Position numbers and translations under genes: made by a program. The notes beneath the pieces are model-generated. The model worked only from the letters and a program-made list of their open reading frames with translations, was not told where the DNA came from and did not search any database. Shown piece by piece: positions 18,906-27,858 of a stretch of 64,000 bases of DNA; the stretch's first letter is position 1; the number at the start of each line of letters is the position of its first letter. Origin of the DNA: Verrucomicrobiota bacterium (lineage in GTDB: Bacteria > Verrucomicrobiota > Verrucomicrobiia > Opitutales > Coraliomargaritaceae); assembly GCA_036160955.1 (NCBI GenBank), contig JAYYDJ010000095.1, positions 1,790-65,789 on the forward strand. The letters are read 5' to 3'.

Positions 18906-19388
18906 ATGAAAATAAAGACAGGACTAGGAATTGATAGCCATCGTTTCGTGGAAGGTGCTTCTGATAAGGCACTAGTTCTTGGTGGCTTAGAGTTTGAAGA
19001 TGCTCCTGCGCTGGACGGCAACAGTGACGCTGATGTTATTTTACATGCCTTGACCGATGCGATCAGTGCAGTAACTGGGCGTACAGTGATTGGAGCTCAA
19101 GCAGATTCAATGTGTGCGGATGGAGTGACAGACAGTCGTGAGTATTTAAAAGTTGCCCTTTCTGACTTAGGCAGCTGGAAACTGTCGCATGTTTCGATCG
19201 CGCTAGAGTGCCAGCGCCCTAAGATCGATCCAAAGGTGGCTGCTTTACGCAATTCTATAGCACTATTACTCGGAGTAGATTTTTGTGACATCTCTATTAC
19301 TGCGACCAGTGGTGAGGGCTTAAGTGATGTGGGTAGAGGCTTAGGTATTCACGCTTCGGTAATTGTCACAGCGATTCAAGCAGTGTGA
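18906..19388 (+). CDS. ispF: 2-C-methyl-D-erythritol 2,4-cyclodiphosphate synthase
   Basis: Shows GLGIDSHRF, ...SDADVILHALTDAI... and a ...ITATSGEGL... pattern. Confidence 0.9.
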   Translation: MKIKTGLGIDSHRFVEGASDKALVLGGLEFEDAPALDGNSDADVILHALTDAISAVTGRTVIGAQADSMCADGVTDSREYLKVALSDLGSWKLSHVSIALECQRPKIDPKVAALRNSIALLLGVDFCDISITATSGEGLSDVGRGLGIHASVIVTAIQAV

Positions 19389-19404
19389 TGATTCCAGTCT
19401 AGGA

Positions 19405-19794
19405 CTAGCTGTGTTCCAGGATTTCGACCTCGTATCCATCAGGATCTGTAATAAAGGCCATTTTCTTAGACTTTTTAAAGCGCTCGCGCCAGTCATTAGG
19501 CCATAGATCAATTTTTAGATCAAGCTCTTCGAGCATATCGCAGTAGGTCGTAATATTATCTACACGTATGCAGGTGTGCACCAAATCTTCGGGAAATTTT
19601 ACTGTATAATCAGCAGAGTAGGTAAGCTCTAGTTTATGACTACTACCGGGAATTTGCAGGTGAGCTAGTTGATTGCCGCTAGGCGAGCGCTCGGTACGTC
19701 GCAGGACCTTAAACCCGCAAGTCTTACAGTACCAATTAATTGATTTATCTAGGTCGGAAACACGAATTCGGGTATGGTCGAAGGTAACTTGCAT
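19405..19794 (-). CDS. VOC-family protein / glyoxalase I-like
   Basis: Shows FDHTRIRVSDLDKSINWY...GF, ...LELTY... and ...DPDGYEVEILE. I prefer the internal Met at 19794 as the start. Confidence 0.75.
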   Translation of the reverse strand: MQVTFDHTRIRVSDLDKSINWYCKTCGFKVLRRTERSPSGNQLAHLQIPGSSHKLELTYSADYTVKFPEDLVHTCIRVDNITTYCDMLEELDLKIDLWPNDWRERFKKSKKMAFITDPDGYEVEILEHS

Positions 19795-19868
19795 GATTAC
19801 AGGTATAGTAAATATTGTAGCGATACGAGAGGAGCTTGAAATAAGTGCCAAGCACGCATTAGAAGCAA

Positions 19869-20510
19869 TTACAAATTTCTAACGACTGCCTTTGCTACTC
19901 CTTGCACGCACAGTTCTGTCACTGGGTACAGTTCTGGGTAAAACTTGTTTTCTGCCTTTAAATAAGGCGGTTCACCGGCTTTTTTAATGTAGCGCTTTAG
20001 TGTTGTCTCTCCGTCAATTAAGGCAGCGACGATGTCACCATCATGTGCATCGCGTGGCTCAATGACAACACGATCACCATCGTAAATTTCAGCATCTACC
20101 ATGCTATCTCCACGCACTTGCAAGGCAAAACTACGACGTTGCGAGCTAAAGCCTGCACTGCCAATATCGACTTGTAGGCGGCCAATTTCTCCTGCGCTTT
20201 CGACGCGGTCAGGATAACCGGCTGCGATAGCCCCAACGATTGGAATGTCGACTACCTCATGAGCATCTTCAGGGAGTTGAGTGGACTCTTCATCGTTAGG
20301 GCGGTGAATTCTAAATGTACGCGCTTGGCCTGGGATGCGCTCGAGCACATCCTTTTTTTCCAAGGCACGTAGGTGACCCATCACAGCATTGGTGCTTTTA
20401 AATTGAAATTTCTCTTGGATCTCACGAATACTTGGCCAGAAGCCGTTACGCCACTCATGGTGTTCAATATATTCTAAGATTTCTTTTTGACGTTGGGTTA
20501 AATCTTTCAT
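19869..20510 (-). CDS. lexA: LexA repressor
   Basis: Contains LTQRQKEILEYI, a winged HTH, the cleavage region VGAIAAG, and the catalytic Ser (GDSM) and Lys (LKR). The start is set at the Met preceding KDLTQRQ (20510), because the operator lies just upstream of it. Confidence 0.92.
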   Translation of the reverse strand: MKDLTQRQKEILEYIEHHEWRNGFWPSIREIQEKFQFKSTNAVMGHLRALEKKDVLERIPGQARTFRIHRPNDEESTQLPEDAHEVVDIPIVGAIAAGYPDRVESAGEIGRLQVDIGSAGFSSQRRSFALQVRGDSMVDAEIYDGDRVVIEPRDAHDGDIVAALIDGETTLKRYIKKAGEPPYLKAENKFYPELYPVTELCVQGVAKAVVRNL

Positions 20511-20515
20511 AGTGT

Positions 20516-20549
20516 ACAAGTGTTTATGTGAACACTTGTCCATTGTCAA
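20516..20549 (-). promoter_or_regulatory. lexA promoter with an SOS-box-like operator
   Basis: There is a perfect inverted repeat ACAAGTGTT-N6-AACACTTGT at 20516..20539. Its core, TGTTT-ATGT-GAACA (20521..20534), differs at one position from the TGTTC-N4-GAACA motif I recall for Verrucomicrobia LexA. On the minus strand a perfect TTGACA -35 (20544..20549) sits 17 nt upstream of TAAACA, so the box overlaps the spacer and the -10. Confidence 0.65.
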
Positions 20550-20631
20550 GGTTTCTGCAATAATTTAGTTAATTAATGACTGTGTAAATGAGGTTGAAAA
20601 TTGTGACCGAGAGGCTTTCGTTGAGGTTTAC

Positions 20632-22467
20632 ATGTTGGATTCAGAAAGTCATCAAATTGCATTATACCGGATAGCTATTCTGTGGGTCATGCTTGGCATT
20701 CTGACTATACTTGTCGGGTGTTCGAAGCCGCCTGCGATCTTGCGCGATGAACATGCGTTGCCTGCGGATGTACTTTGTGTATCAGCTGATCCAGGCGAGT
20801 ATGGTGGTATCTTTGTACTAAGTGAAACTACAGAGCCTACCACCTTTAACCCGCAGGTACCCAATAACGTTAGCACCTCGCTTTTGCTCTCGCGTCTGTT
20901 AAGCTCGCTAGTTGAATATAACCCACGTGCCGAACAGTTTATACCAGCGCTTGCCAAAGCATGGGAAGTGAGCGAGGACCTTAAATCATACACTTTTTAT
21001 TTGCGTGAAGGGGTACGTTGGAGTGACGGAGTGCTCTTCACAGCAGACGATGTTATTTTTACTTTCGACTGTATCTTAGCAGAAACTGTAGATGCCGTCA
21101 CGGGCAAGCGGCTACCAAAATACCCCTCAAGAAACTATCAGCAGTTTCACATCAATGGAGAAAAGTTGCGCTACACAAAGATCAATAAACATACGGTGCG
21201 TTTTGATCTACCAACAGTTTACGCGCCATTTATATATGACATTAGTCAATCGATTTTGCCCAAGCACAAGCTACATTCAGCATTTGAAGATGGAAGCTTT
21301 CAAAAACAGTGGTCCACAAAAACAGCGATTGAATCGCCAGAAGCAATTGTGGGCACGGGTCCCTTTACTATCTTGTCGTATAAACCAGGGGAGCGCTTAG
21401 TGCTACAACCTAATCCGCATTACTGGAAAGCGGATCGTGATCATCAGCGTTTACCATATCTGGACTATCTAGTCCACCAATTTGTCAAAGAGGCGAATAC
21501 ACAAGTAGCACACTTCGCCACAGGCAAGAGTGATGCGTCTGGCATAGGAGCCGATGATTATACATGGGTACAAAAAGCTGCCGATACCTATCGCTTTAGC
21601 ATTTATGACCGTGGACCATCCGCTAGTGTAAACTTCTTTTGGTTCAATCAACACCGAGGAGTAGACGCTGATGGGAAGGCATACTTGCCAGCGCATAAGC
21701 TACGCTGGTTCACTGATAAGCGCTTTAGGCAGGCTGTTCAGTATGGACTCAATCGTCAGGGTCTAATCGATGCCCTACTTTTTGGTAAAGGCGAACCATT
21801 GACCTCTATTATAGCGCCCGCGCAGGGCAAATGGCACAATCCAAATTTACCACGCTATGATTTTGATCCGGAGAAAGCCAAACGTTTACTTAGGCAGGCC
21901 GGATTTAGCTGGGATGCAACCGGTCAATTAATCGATTCAAAGGCAGTGCCGGTGGCTTTTACTCTCTTATTAGTAGAAAGTAATTTTTATGACCGAGTCG
22001 GCGTGACCTTCGTCGAAAACATGAAGGATTTGGGCATGGATGTGAATTTGGAGCGCTCCGACTTTGCGACTTTGCTGCGCCGCACCGACGACACCTTTAA
22101 TTATGATGTTACAATTCTTGGTTGGGGTTCTAGTAGCGCGGCTTATGATCCATCTGGTAGTAAGGCGCTCTACCTAAGTAGCGGCGAGTACCACCAGTGG
22201 TATCCTGAGCAGCCTTCTCCTGTGACAGAGTGGGAGGCGCGCATTGATGAGCTAATTGGCTTACAAGAGCGCACTTTAGATGAGGTGCAGCGCGTCAACT
22301 ATATGCATGAGGTGCAGTCTATCTTGGCTGAAGAGTTGCCACTATTATACGGATTTACGCCGTACGGATATGCTGGGGTAAAAAATAAATGGCGTAATAT
22401 ATACGTGCCAAATGCAGGCACGATTTTATGGAATATAGAAGAGATTTGGGAGGGTAGTGAAGAATAG
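20632..22467 (+). CDS. ABC transporter substrate-binding lipoprotein, family 5 (peptide/nickel type)
   Basis: It has a lipobox (LVGC). The length and the motifs (NPxxxxS, ...LRxGVxWSDG..., PGERLVLQPNPxYW) fit DppA/OppA-type SBPs. Confidence 0.85.
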   Translation: MLDSESHQIALYRIAILWVMLGILTILVGCSKPPAILRDEHALPADVLCVSADPGEYGGIFVLSETTEPTTFNPQVPNNVSTSLLLSRLLSSLVEYNPRAEQFIPALAKAWEVSEDLKSYTFYLREGVRWSDGVLFTADDVIFTFDCILAETVDAVTGKRLPKYPSRNYQQFHINGEKLRYTKINKHTVRFDLPTVYAPFIYDISQSILPKHKLHSAFEDGSFQKQWSTKTAIESPEAIVGTGPFTILSYKPGERLVLQPNPHYWKADRDHQRLPYLDYLVHQFVKEANTQVAHFATGKSDASGIGADDYTWVQKAADTYRFSIYDRGPSASVNFFWFNQHRGVDADGKAYLPAHKLRWFTDKRFRQAVQYGLNRQGLIDALLFGKGEPLTSIIAPAQGKWHNPNLPRYDFDPEKAKRLLRQAGFSWDATGQLIDSKAVPVAFTLLLVESNFYDRVGVTFVENMKDLGMDVNLERSDFATLLRRTDDTFNYDVTILGWGSSSAAYDPSGSKALYLSSGEYHQWYPEQPSPVTEWEARIDELIGLQERTLDEVQRVNYMHEVQSILAEELPLLYGFTPYGYAGVKNKWRNIYVPNAGTILWNIEEIWEGSEE

Positions 22468-22470
22468 CCA

Positions 22471-24774
22471 ATGAGTGCTTTTATTTTGCGCCGTTTACTT
22501 AGCCTGATCCCTTTATTATTGGGCACGAGCCTGCTCGTCTCGATATTAATGTATCTTTCGCCAGGAGATTTTCTGACGCAAGCTCGCGCGGCTCGCGATA
22601 TCCCGCAGGAAGTCATTGAGCAGCAGGAGCGCCAGCTTGGGCTCATTGATGAAAGTGGAGCGCCAACTCGCTGGTTTGTGCGCTATGGTCACTGGATCGC
22701 AAATATTGCGCCGATTAAATATGGACCTTGGGTCGGGGCTCCAGAAAAAGGTCTGCACCTTGGCTGGCCGTATTTTGGAGAATCATGGACTTATCAAGTG
22801 GAAGTATTTAGTTTACTAAAACAGCGAGTCCCTGCGACCTTTATTTTATCGCTGACCTCGATAACCTTTGCATGGTTTATAGCTATACCCTTGGGAGTTC
22901 TTGCAGCACTCTATAAAGACTCGATCTTTGATCGCTTCTCTGCGCTACTTGCATATGCCGCGCTATCGATCCCTGAGTTTTTTTTGGCGATTTTAGCGGT
23001 GTACTTTGCCTCCATCACTGGACTCTTCCCTGAGGGCGGTCGATCATCGGTAGAGAGTGACTTTTATCCATGGGCGCTGCAGTGGGTGGATTATGCCTAC
23101 CATCTAATTTTGCCCACTCTGGTTTTAGGCGTTGGCAGTGTGGCTGGTATGATGCGTATCATGCGCGCTAACTTCATCGACTATATGCGCGCAGAATTTG
23201 CGACTACCGCGCGGGCGAAGGGTTTGCGCGAGCGAGTGATCATGTTTCAGCACGTACTGCGCAATGCTATCAACCCACTTATAACCTCTTTTGGGTATTC
23301 CTTTGCGAGTCTTTTATCAGGAGCTTTACTAGTCGAAAATGTGATGAACTACCCAGGTCTAGGACAACTAATTTTTGATGCGCTGACTCGTGAAGATCAG
23401 TATGTCGTTATGGCAGGGGTGATGATTGGTGTAGTCATGTTAGTCCTGGGTAATTTAGTTGCCGATTTAATGCTCGCATGGGCGGACCCTCGTATTCGCA
23501 ATGCGCAGACCGTTAGTTCAACTAGCGTTGGCTTTGGAAAGACTACTTGTGTATGGACTGTCCTGCTTGCAGTGATAGCGGCGGAAATTTTACTAGAAGT
23601 GTTTGCTCCATCTTTACTGATAAAGATTGTAGTCGGGCTTAAATACATTGGCATTATGCTTGCAGGGTTGCTAGCCGTGGCATGCGTCGCATTGGTCGGC
23701 TATATTGTTTATGTCCTCTTTAAGCGCTTGATGGGTCAAGTGTTGCGCCGCCCGCTCGGCGCTACAGCCCTTGTTATATTGGGAGTACTATACAGTGCCG
23801 CCTTACTGGCTCCTTGCCTAGCGCCTTACTCGATAACAGAACAAAATTTGGATAAGGCTTATCACCCACCGATAGGCTTTGTTTGGAAGGAGGGCGGCTT
23901 ACATGCGAAGCTCTACGCTAAGAAATCACTGGGTTCTCCCTTATACGAAGCGACTGGAGAGACGACGCCTGTAAAGCTCTTCGCAAAGACTGATCCTTAT
24001 TACTTGTGGGGCATTATTCCGATGCATCGCACGCTGTTCTCGCTGGATGCCTCTGTGCCAAATGCGCGGCTATATTTACTTGGTTCAGATGATACGGGCA
24101 GGGATATTTTTAGCCGATTGTTATATGGTTCAAGGATTTCACTTTCGATTGGGTTTATTGGAATATCGATTACCCTGATCCTTGGTTTTATTGTCGGTTC
24201 GCTTGCAGGTTACTATGGTGGAACTGTCGACTTTTTTGCTATGCGCTTTGTGGAGCTCTTAATGTCGATCCCCGCGCTTTATCTACTGCTCGCTCTTCGC
24301 TCGGCATTAATTAGCCCAGAGCTTTCCCCCGGTCAGGTCTATATGATTATCGTGGTGCTGCTATCGATTATAGGATGGGCGGGCACAGCGAGAATTATTC
24401 GTGGTATGACTCTTTCGATTCGCAATCGCTCATATGTACTTGCTGCAGAAAGTTTGGGCCAATCACTTCCTAAAATTCTTATCAAGCATATTTTGCCAAA
24501 TCTTGCTAGTTATCTACTAGTCGCAGCGACTTTATCCATACCCGGCTATATATTAGCAGAAGCCGCGCTTTCCTTTCTAGGGCTTGGCATTTCTGAGCCT
24601 TCCGCCTCGTGGGGACTTATGCTTAAACAATCGCAGGGTAACATGATCGTATTTTTTATGAATTTTTGGTGGATGCTTGTTCCTGGTTTCGCAATTTTTA
24701 TTACCGTGATCGCTTACAATGTACTTGGTGATACATTGCGTGATTGTGTGGACCCTAAGATGCAAGTGCGGTAA
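22471..24774 (+). CDS. Fused DppB-like + DppC-like ABC permease in a single 767-aa polypeptide
   Basis: The N-terminal half begins FILRRLLSLIPLLLG...SPGDF, has the EAA loop ARAKGLRERV and ends ...WADPRIR. An extra hydrophobic linker follows. The second half begins LRRPLGATALVILG...LAPY and carries LGSDDTGRDIFSRLLYGSRISL and an EAA-like loop. Confidence 0.88.
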   Translation: MSAFILRRLLSLIPLLLGTSLLVSILMYLSPGDFLTQARAARDIPQEVIEQQERQLGLIDESGAPTRWFVRYGHWIANIAPIKYGPWVGAPEKGLHLGWPYFGESWTYQVEVFSLLKQRVPATFILSLTSITFAWFIAIPLGVLAALYKDSIFDRFSALLAYAALSIPEFFLAILAVYFASITGLFPEGGRSSVESDFYPWALQWVDYAYHLILPTLVLGVGSVAGMMRIMRANFIDYMRAEFATTARAKGLRERVIMFQHVLRNAINPLITSFGYSFASLLSGALLVENVMNYPGLGQLIFDALTREDQYVVMAGVMIGVVMLVLGNLVADLMLAWADPRIRNAQTVSSTSVGFGKTTCVWTVLLAVIAAEILLEVFAPSLLIKIVVGLKYIGIMLAGLLAVACVALVGYIVYVLFKRLMGQVLRRPLGATALVILGVLYSAALLAPCLAPYSITEQNLDKAYHPPIGFVWKEGGLHAKLYAKKSLGSPLYEATGETTPVKLFAKTDPYYLWGIIPMHRTLFSLDASVPNARLYLLGSDDTGRDIFSRLLYGSRISLSIGFIGISITLILGFIVGSLAGYYGGTVDFFAMRFVELLMSIPALYLLLALRSALISPELSPGQVYMIIVVLLSIIGWAGTARIIRGMTLSIRNRSYVLAAESLGQSLPKILIKHILPNLASYLLVAATLSIPGYILAEAALSFLGLGISEPSASWGLMLKQSQGNMIVFFMNFWWMLVPGFAIFITVIAYNVLGDTLRDCVDPKMQVR

Positions 24775-24826
24775 CAAAGTTGTTGAGTATTGATTCCAAA
24801 TAAATGAACTATTTGGTTAGTAAATT

Positions 24827-25669
24827 ATGCCAGACTTACTTAAAGTTAAGAATCTAAAAATTGCCTTTCAAGGGAGTGGTGAAAGTATTGAGGTAGTGCA
24901 TGGCATAGACTTTTCAGTGGCAAGAAGTGGACAGACTGTCGCAATTTTAGGCGAAAGTGGCAGCGGTAAGAGTGTCACTTGTTTGTCGCTGACAAATTTG
25001 CTGCCACAGGCGCCAAGCTGTACAGTGAGTGGCGAAATTCTTTTTGCAGAGAAAGACATTCTAAGGATGAGTGGTAAAGAATTGCGCAAGATCCGTGGCG
25101 CGGGTATTGCCTATATTTTCCAAGAGCCCTCTGCGTCTCTTAACCCAGTTTTTACAGTCGGTTACCAGATAAAAGAGGCCGTGCGGTTACACCGCCCCGA
25201 TCTTAGCGATGCTAAAGCGCGCACGATTGAACTACTTGAACTTGTGGGGATTCGCGATGCCGCTCAGCGCTATAGCGCGTACCCGCATGAAATGAGTGGT
25301 GGTATGCAGCAGCGGGTAATGATAGCGATGGCACTCGCTTGTGAGCCTAAGCTCCTCGTGGCAGACGAGCCTACCACAGCTCTCGATGTCACCATTCAGG
25401 CTCAGATCATTGATCTTTTACGCGAACTGCGAAGCAAGCTCGGTATGAGCATTATCCTCATCACGCACAATTTTGGTATAGTTAAAGGCTTTGCTGATGA
25501 GGTGCTGGTAATGTATCAAGGTAACATTGTTGAGCGCGGTACTGTGGATACTGTCTTGAGCACGCCCCAGCATCCCTATACGAAGGCACTGATTGCTTGT
25601 ATTCCAAAACTAGGTGCCAAACAACACCGCCTGACAACAATTGATCAGGAAATGGCAGCCTCGAAATAG
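24827..25669 (+). CDS. ABC transporter ATPase (DppD/OppD-like)
   Basis: Shows Walker A GESGSGKS, signature MSGGMQQR, Walker B LLVADEPTTALD and the C-terminal oligopeptide-type motif HPYT. Confidence 0.9.
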   Translation: MPDLLKVKNLKIAFQGSGESIEVVHGIDFSVARSGQTVAILGESGSGKSVTCLSLTNLLPQAPSCTVSGEILFAEKDILRMSGKELRKIRGAGIAYIFQEPSASLNPVFTVGYQIKEAVRLHRPDLSDAKARTIELLELVGIRDAAQRYSAYPHEMSGGMQQRVMIAMALACEPKLLVADEPTTALDVTIQAQIIDLLRELRSKLGMSIILITHNFGIVKGFADEVLVMYQGNIVERGTVDTVLSTPQHPYTKALIACIPKLGAKQHRLTTIDQEMAASK

Positions 25670-25708
25670 CTTTTTAGCTTGCAGCGAAATAACAGGTACA
25701 AAAATCTA

Positions 25709-25873
25709 TTAGCGAAATTGCTGCTGTTCGCTAATAAACTCGTAGCCGCTACATGCCAAGCGCTGTACCAGTAATTCGCGGCTAATATCTTGAGTTAAGC
25801 AAAGATCCTCAAGCGATTCATAGTCATTTCGCAGAGCAGTATTTATAACTCCAACTAGTAAATTCGGGTCCAT
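25709..25873 (-). CDS. Small DUF4250-like protein
   Basis: The sequence MDPNLLVGVINTALRNDYESLEDLC...LACSGYEF resembles DUF4250 proteins as I remember them. I prefer the internal Met at 25873 as the start. Confidence 0.55.
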   Translation of the reverse strand: MDPNLLVGVINTALRNDYESLEDLCLTQDISRELLVQRLACSGYEFISEQQQFR

Positions 25874-25994
25874 ACTTTGGTAGCAACTTATATCCACATT
25901 ATCTTAATAGAGTTTTTAAATTCCGATCTCAAGGTAAACTCTTTGTGCAAATAGCTTGAAGCTTTCAGCACATACTATGAAGTAACAAAACCTA

Positions 25995-26801
25995 ATGAGT
26001 GAATTAAATACCTTAGAACCACTGCTCGTGGTGCGTGATTTACAAGTACACTTTCCTATTCGGGAAGGCGTGTTCCAACGAGTGGTAAGCCAAGTAAAGG
26101 CGGTAGATGGGATTTCTTTTGAGGTACCGCGTGGATCGACTACAGGCCTCGTTGGCGAAAGTGGTAGTGGTAAAACCACAACAGGTCGTGCAATCGCTAG
26201 GCTAACACCGATCACATCTGGCTCCATAGGCTATGCAGGGCAAGATTTATCAACGGTCTCTAAGGCAGCGTATTTTCCGTATCGCAAAAAAATTCAGATG
26301 ATTTTTCAGGACCCTTTCAGCTCGCTCAACCCACGCATGAGTATTTATAATAGTGTTGCAGAGCCCCTAGATATTCATTATAAGCACTTATCTAAATCGC
26401 AGAAAGAGGAGCGGGTCGCGCAGTTATTAGAAAAGGTCGGTTTAGAAGCGGATTTTATGCGTCGCTACCCGCACCAGTTTAGCGGAGGGCAGCGACAGCG
26501 TATTGGAATAGCGCGCGCGCTCGCAGTCGAACCAGAATTTATTATTTGTGATGAGCCTGTTAGCGCCCTGGATGTCTCAGTGCAGGCGCAAATTGTAAAT
26601 CTCTTACAGGATTTACAGCAGGAGCTGGGGCTTACCTATTTGTTCATCGCGCATGATTTAGCGGTGGTCGAACACATTAGTGATTTTGTACTAGTCATGA
26701 CTGAAGGGAAAATCGTCGAGCAAGCGCCAGCAGACGCGATCTACTCCAATCCGCAGCATCCGTACACTAAGAAGCTGCTCGCTGCAGTGCCGACGCTTTA
26801 G
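25995..26801 (+). CDS. ABC transporter ATPase (DppF/OppF-like)
   Basis: Shows Walker A GESGSGKT, signature FSGGQRQR, Walker [12 protein letters not shown] and HPYTKKLL. Confidence 0.9.
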   Translation: MSELNTLEPLLVVRDLQVHFPIREGVFQRVVSQVKAVDGISFEVPRGSTTGLVGESGSGKTTTGRAIARLTPITSGSIGYAGQDLSTVSKAAYFPYRKKIQMIFQDPFSSLNPRMSIYNSVAEPLDIHYKHLSKSQKEERVAQLLEKVGLEADFMRRYPHQFSGGQRQRIGIARALAVEPEFIICDEPVSALDVSVQAQIVNLLQDLQQELGLTYLFIAHDLAVVEHISDFVLVMTEGKIVEQAPADAIYSNPQHPYTKKLLAAVPTL

Positions 26802-26831
26802 TGCCTTGTGCGTTCAAGTGACTTCAATGAA

Positions 26832-27731
26832 TTATTCAACCGTAATTGGAATCACGATCTCATTCATGCCCGGTCCTTGTATATACAAACTTCCAGCGCC
26901 TGGCTCACCCGCTTGCACGGCAATATTTACTGTTCTAGCTGTTTCGGGTATAATCACCTCTGGCATAATAACACTACTAGGAATGTCTGTTGTTACATTT
27001 ATATATAGTCCACCCATAGGCGCTGGATTATCCATAGCAAAGGCGAGCGCTTGGCGCTGTCCTTTTTGTAGTGTCAAACTATCAGGGATGACTCGCAGTG
27101 GTAGGGCAGGGTCTACTTTAAGAGTACCTGCACTCTCAGTGCTAACGCCTCGGACCTCAACTAAATGAGACATTGCTGGGGTAACATTTGGGACAATATA
27201 CTGGAGAGTATTACTAGAAATAAAGCGGGTGTTTGCTTCCACACCTCCGACATAAACTTTGTCTCTGCGCGAGAAACCCCGACCCAAAACTGCTAGTGAG
27301 GTTCCAATCGGAGCTCGGCTTGTATCCAGGGAGATCGAATAGCGATCGATTAGCTTCATTTGCTCGATACTCGATTGAACAGTAGCATCTTTAATCACCT
27401 TGTCTTTGTTAATAAATTTGTAATCCAGAACATAGTAAAAGCGGGCACTGTCTCGATTCTCTGGCATTGTATAGTCATAATCAAAGTAAGCTTCACCAAC
27501 TTCGCTTTGGCTCATCTGGTGTGTTTCCCCATCAATCACAATTGATGCGCTCATGCTTTCGCGAATGACAGACTGATTACTAAGCTTAGCATAAGCGCTC
27601 AAAGTATAAATCCCAGAAGGATTGGCTGGAACGCGTGTGGGTGTCATATTTTCTATCTGAGTATTACACCCAGACAATCCCAATAGTAGAACTAGAATAA
27701 AAGCGCTAAAAATGTAACATATTTTAATCAT
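26832..27731 (-). CDS. Lipoprotein with an IPT/TIG-like Ig fold
   Basis: It has a lipobox (LSGC). The IPT-like segment is LAVLGRGFSRRDKVYVGGVEANTRFISSNTLQYIVPNV. Confidence 0.6.
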   Translation of the reverse strand: MIKICYIFSAFILVLLLGLSGCNTQIENMTPTRVPANPSGIYTLSAYAKLSNQSVIRESMSASIVIDGETHQMSQSEVGEAYFDYDYTMPENRDSARFYYVLDYKFINKDKVIKDATVQSSIEQMKLIDRYSISLDTSRAPIGTSLAVLGRGFSRRDKVYVGGVEANTRFISSNTLQYIVPNVTPAMSHLVEVRGVSTESAGTLKVDPALPLRVIPDSLTLQKGQRQALAFAMDNPAPMGGLYINVTTDIPSSVIMPEVIIPETARTVNIAVQAGEPGAGSLYIQGPGMNEIVIPITVE

Positions 27732-27858
27732 TTACCTAGCAATGCTTGTACTCGAGTATTCGGCAAGCAAAACTGCTTATTTAAGTTAATTGCTTCTTGA
27801 TTTCTTAGATCGCAGTAAGAGGCTAATTTTTATTTAGAGGTACTTAATATTTGAATTA

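Noticed and set aside
20511-20549. The ORF-track N-terminal extension of lexA (MTMDKCSHKHLYT...). Comparable extensions occur for gspH (17867..17962), rpoN (31712..31780), menB (59541..59582), the VOC protein (19795..19851) and DUF4250 (25874..25897).
   Set aside because: The extensions overlap operators, promoters or upstream genes, and they are not part of the conserved protein N-termini. Internal Met codons give canonical starts.
20632-26801. The GC-richer peptide ABC transporter block as a horizontally acquired island.
   Set aside because: There are no flanking tRNA, direct repeats or mobility genes. It shares its promoter region with lexA, and its composition is similar to other housekeeping genes such as rpoD and mfd. 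The AT-rich pseudopilin block is the more deviant of the two.
27745-27790. The palindrome TACTCGAGTA nested in a TGCTTG/CAAGCA stem, in the divergent spacer upstream of hemW.
   Set aside because: The arms are short, the site contains an XhoI-like palindrome, and there is no associated regulator or second copy. This is not enough to call an operator.
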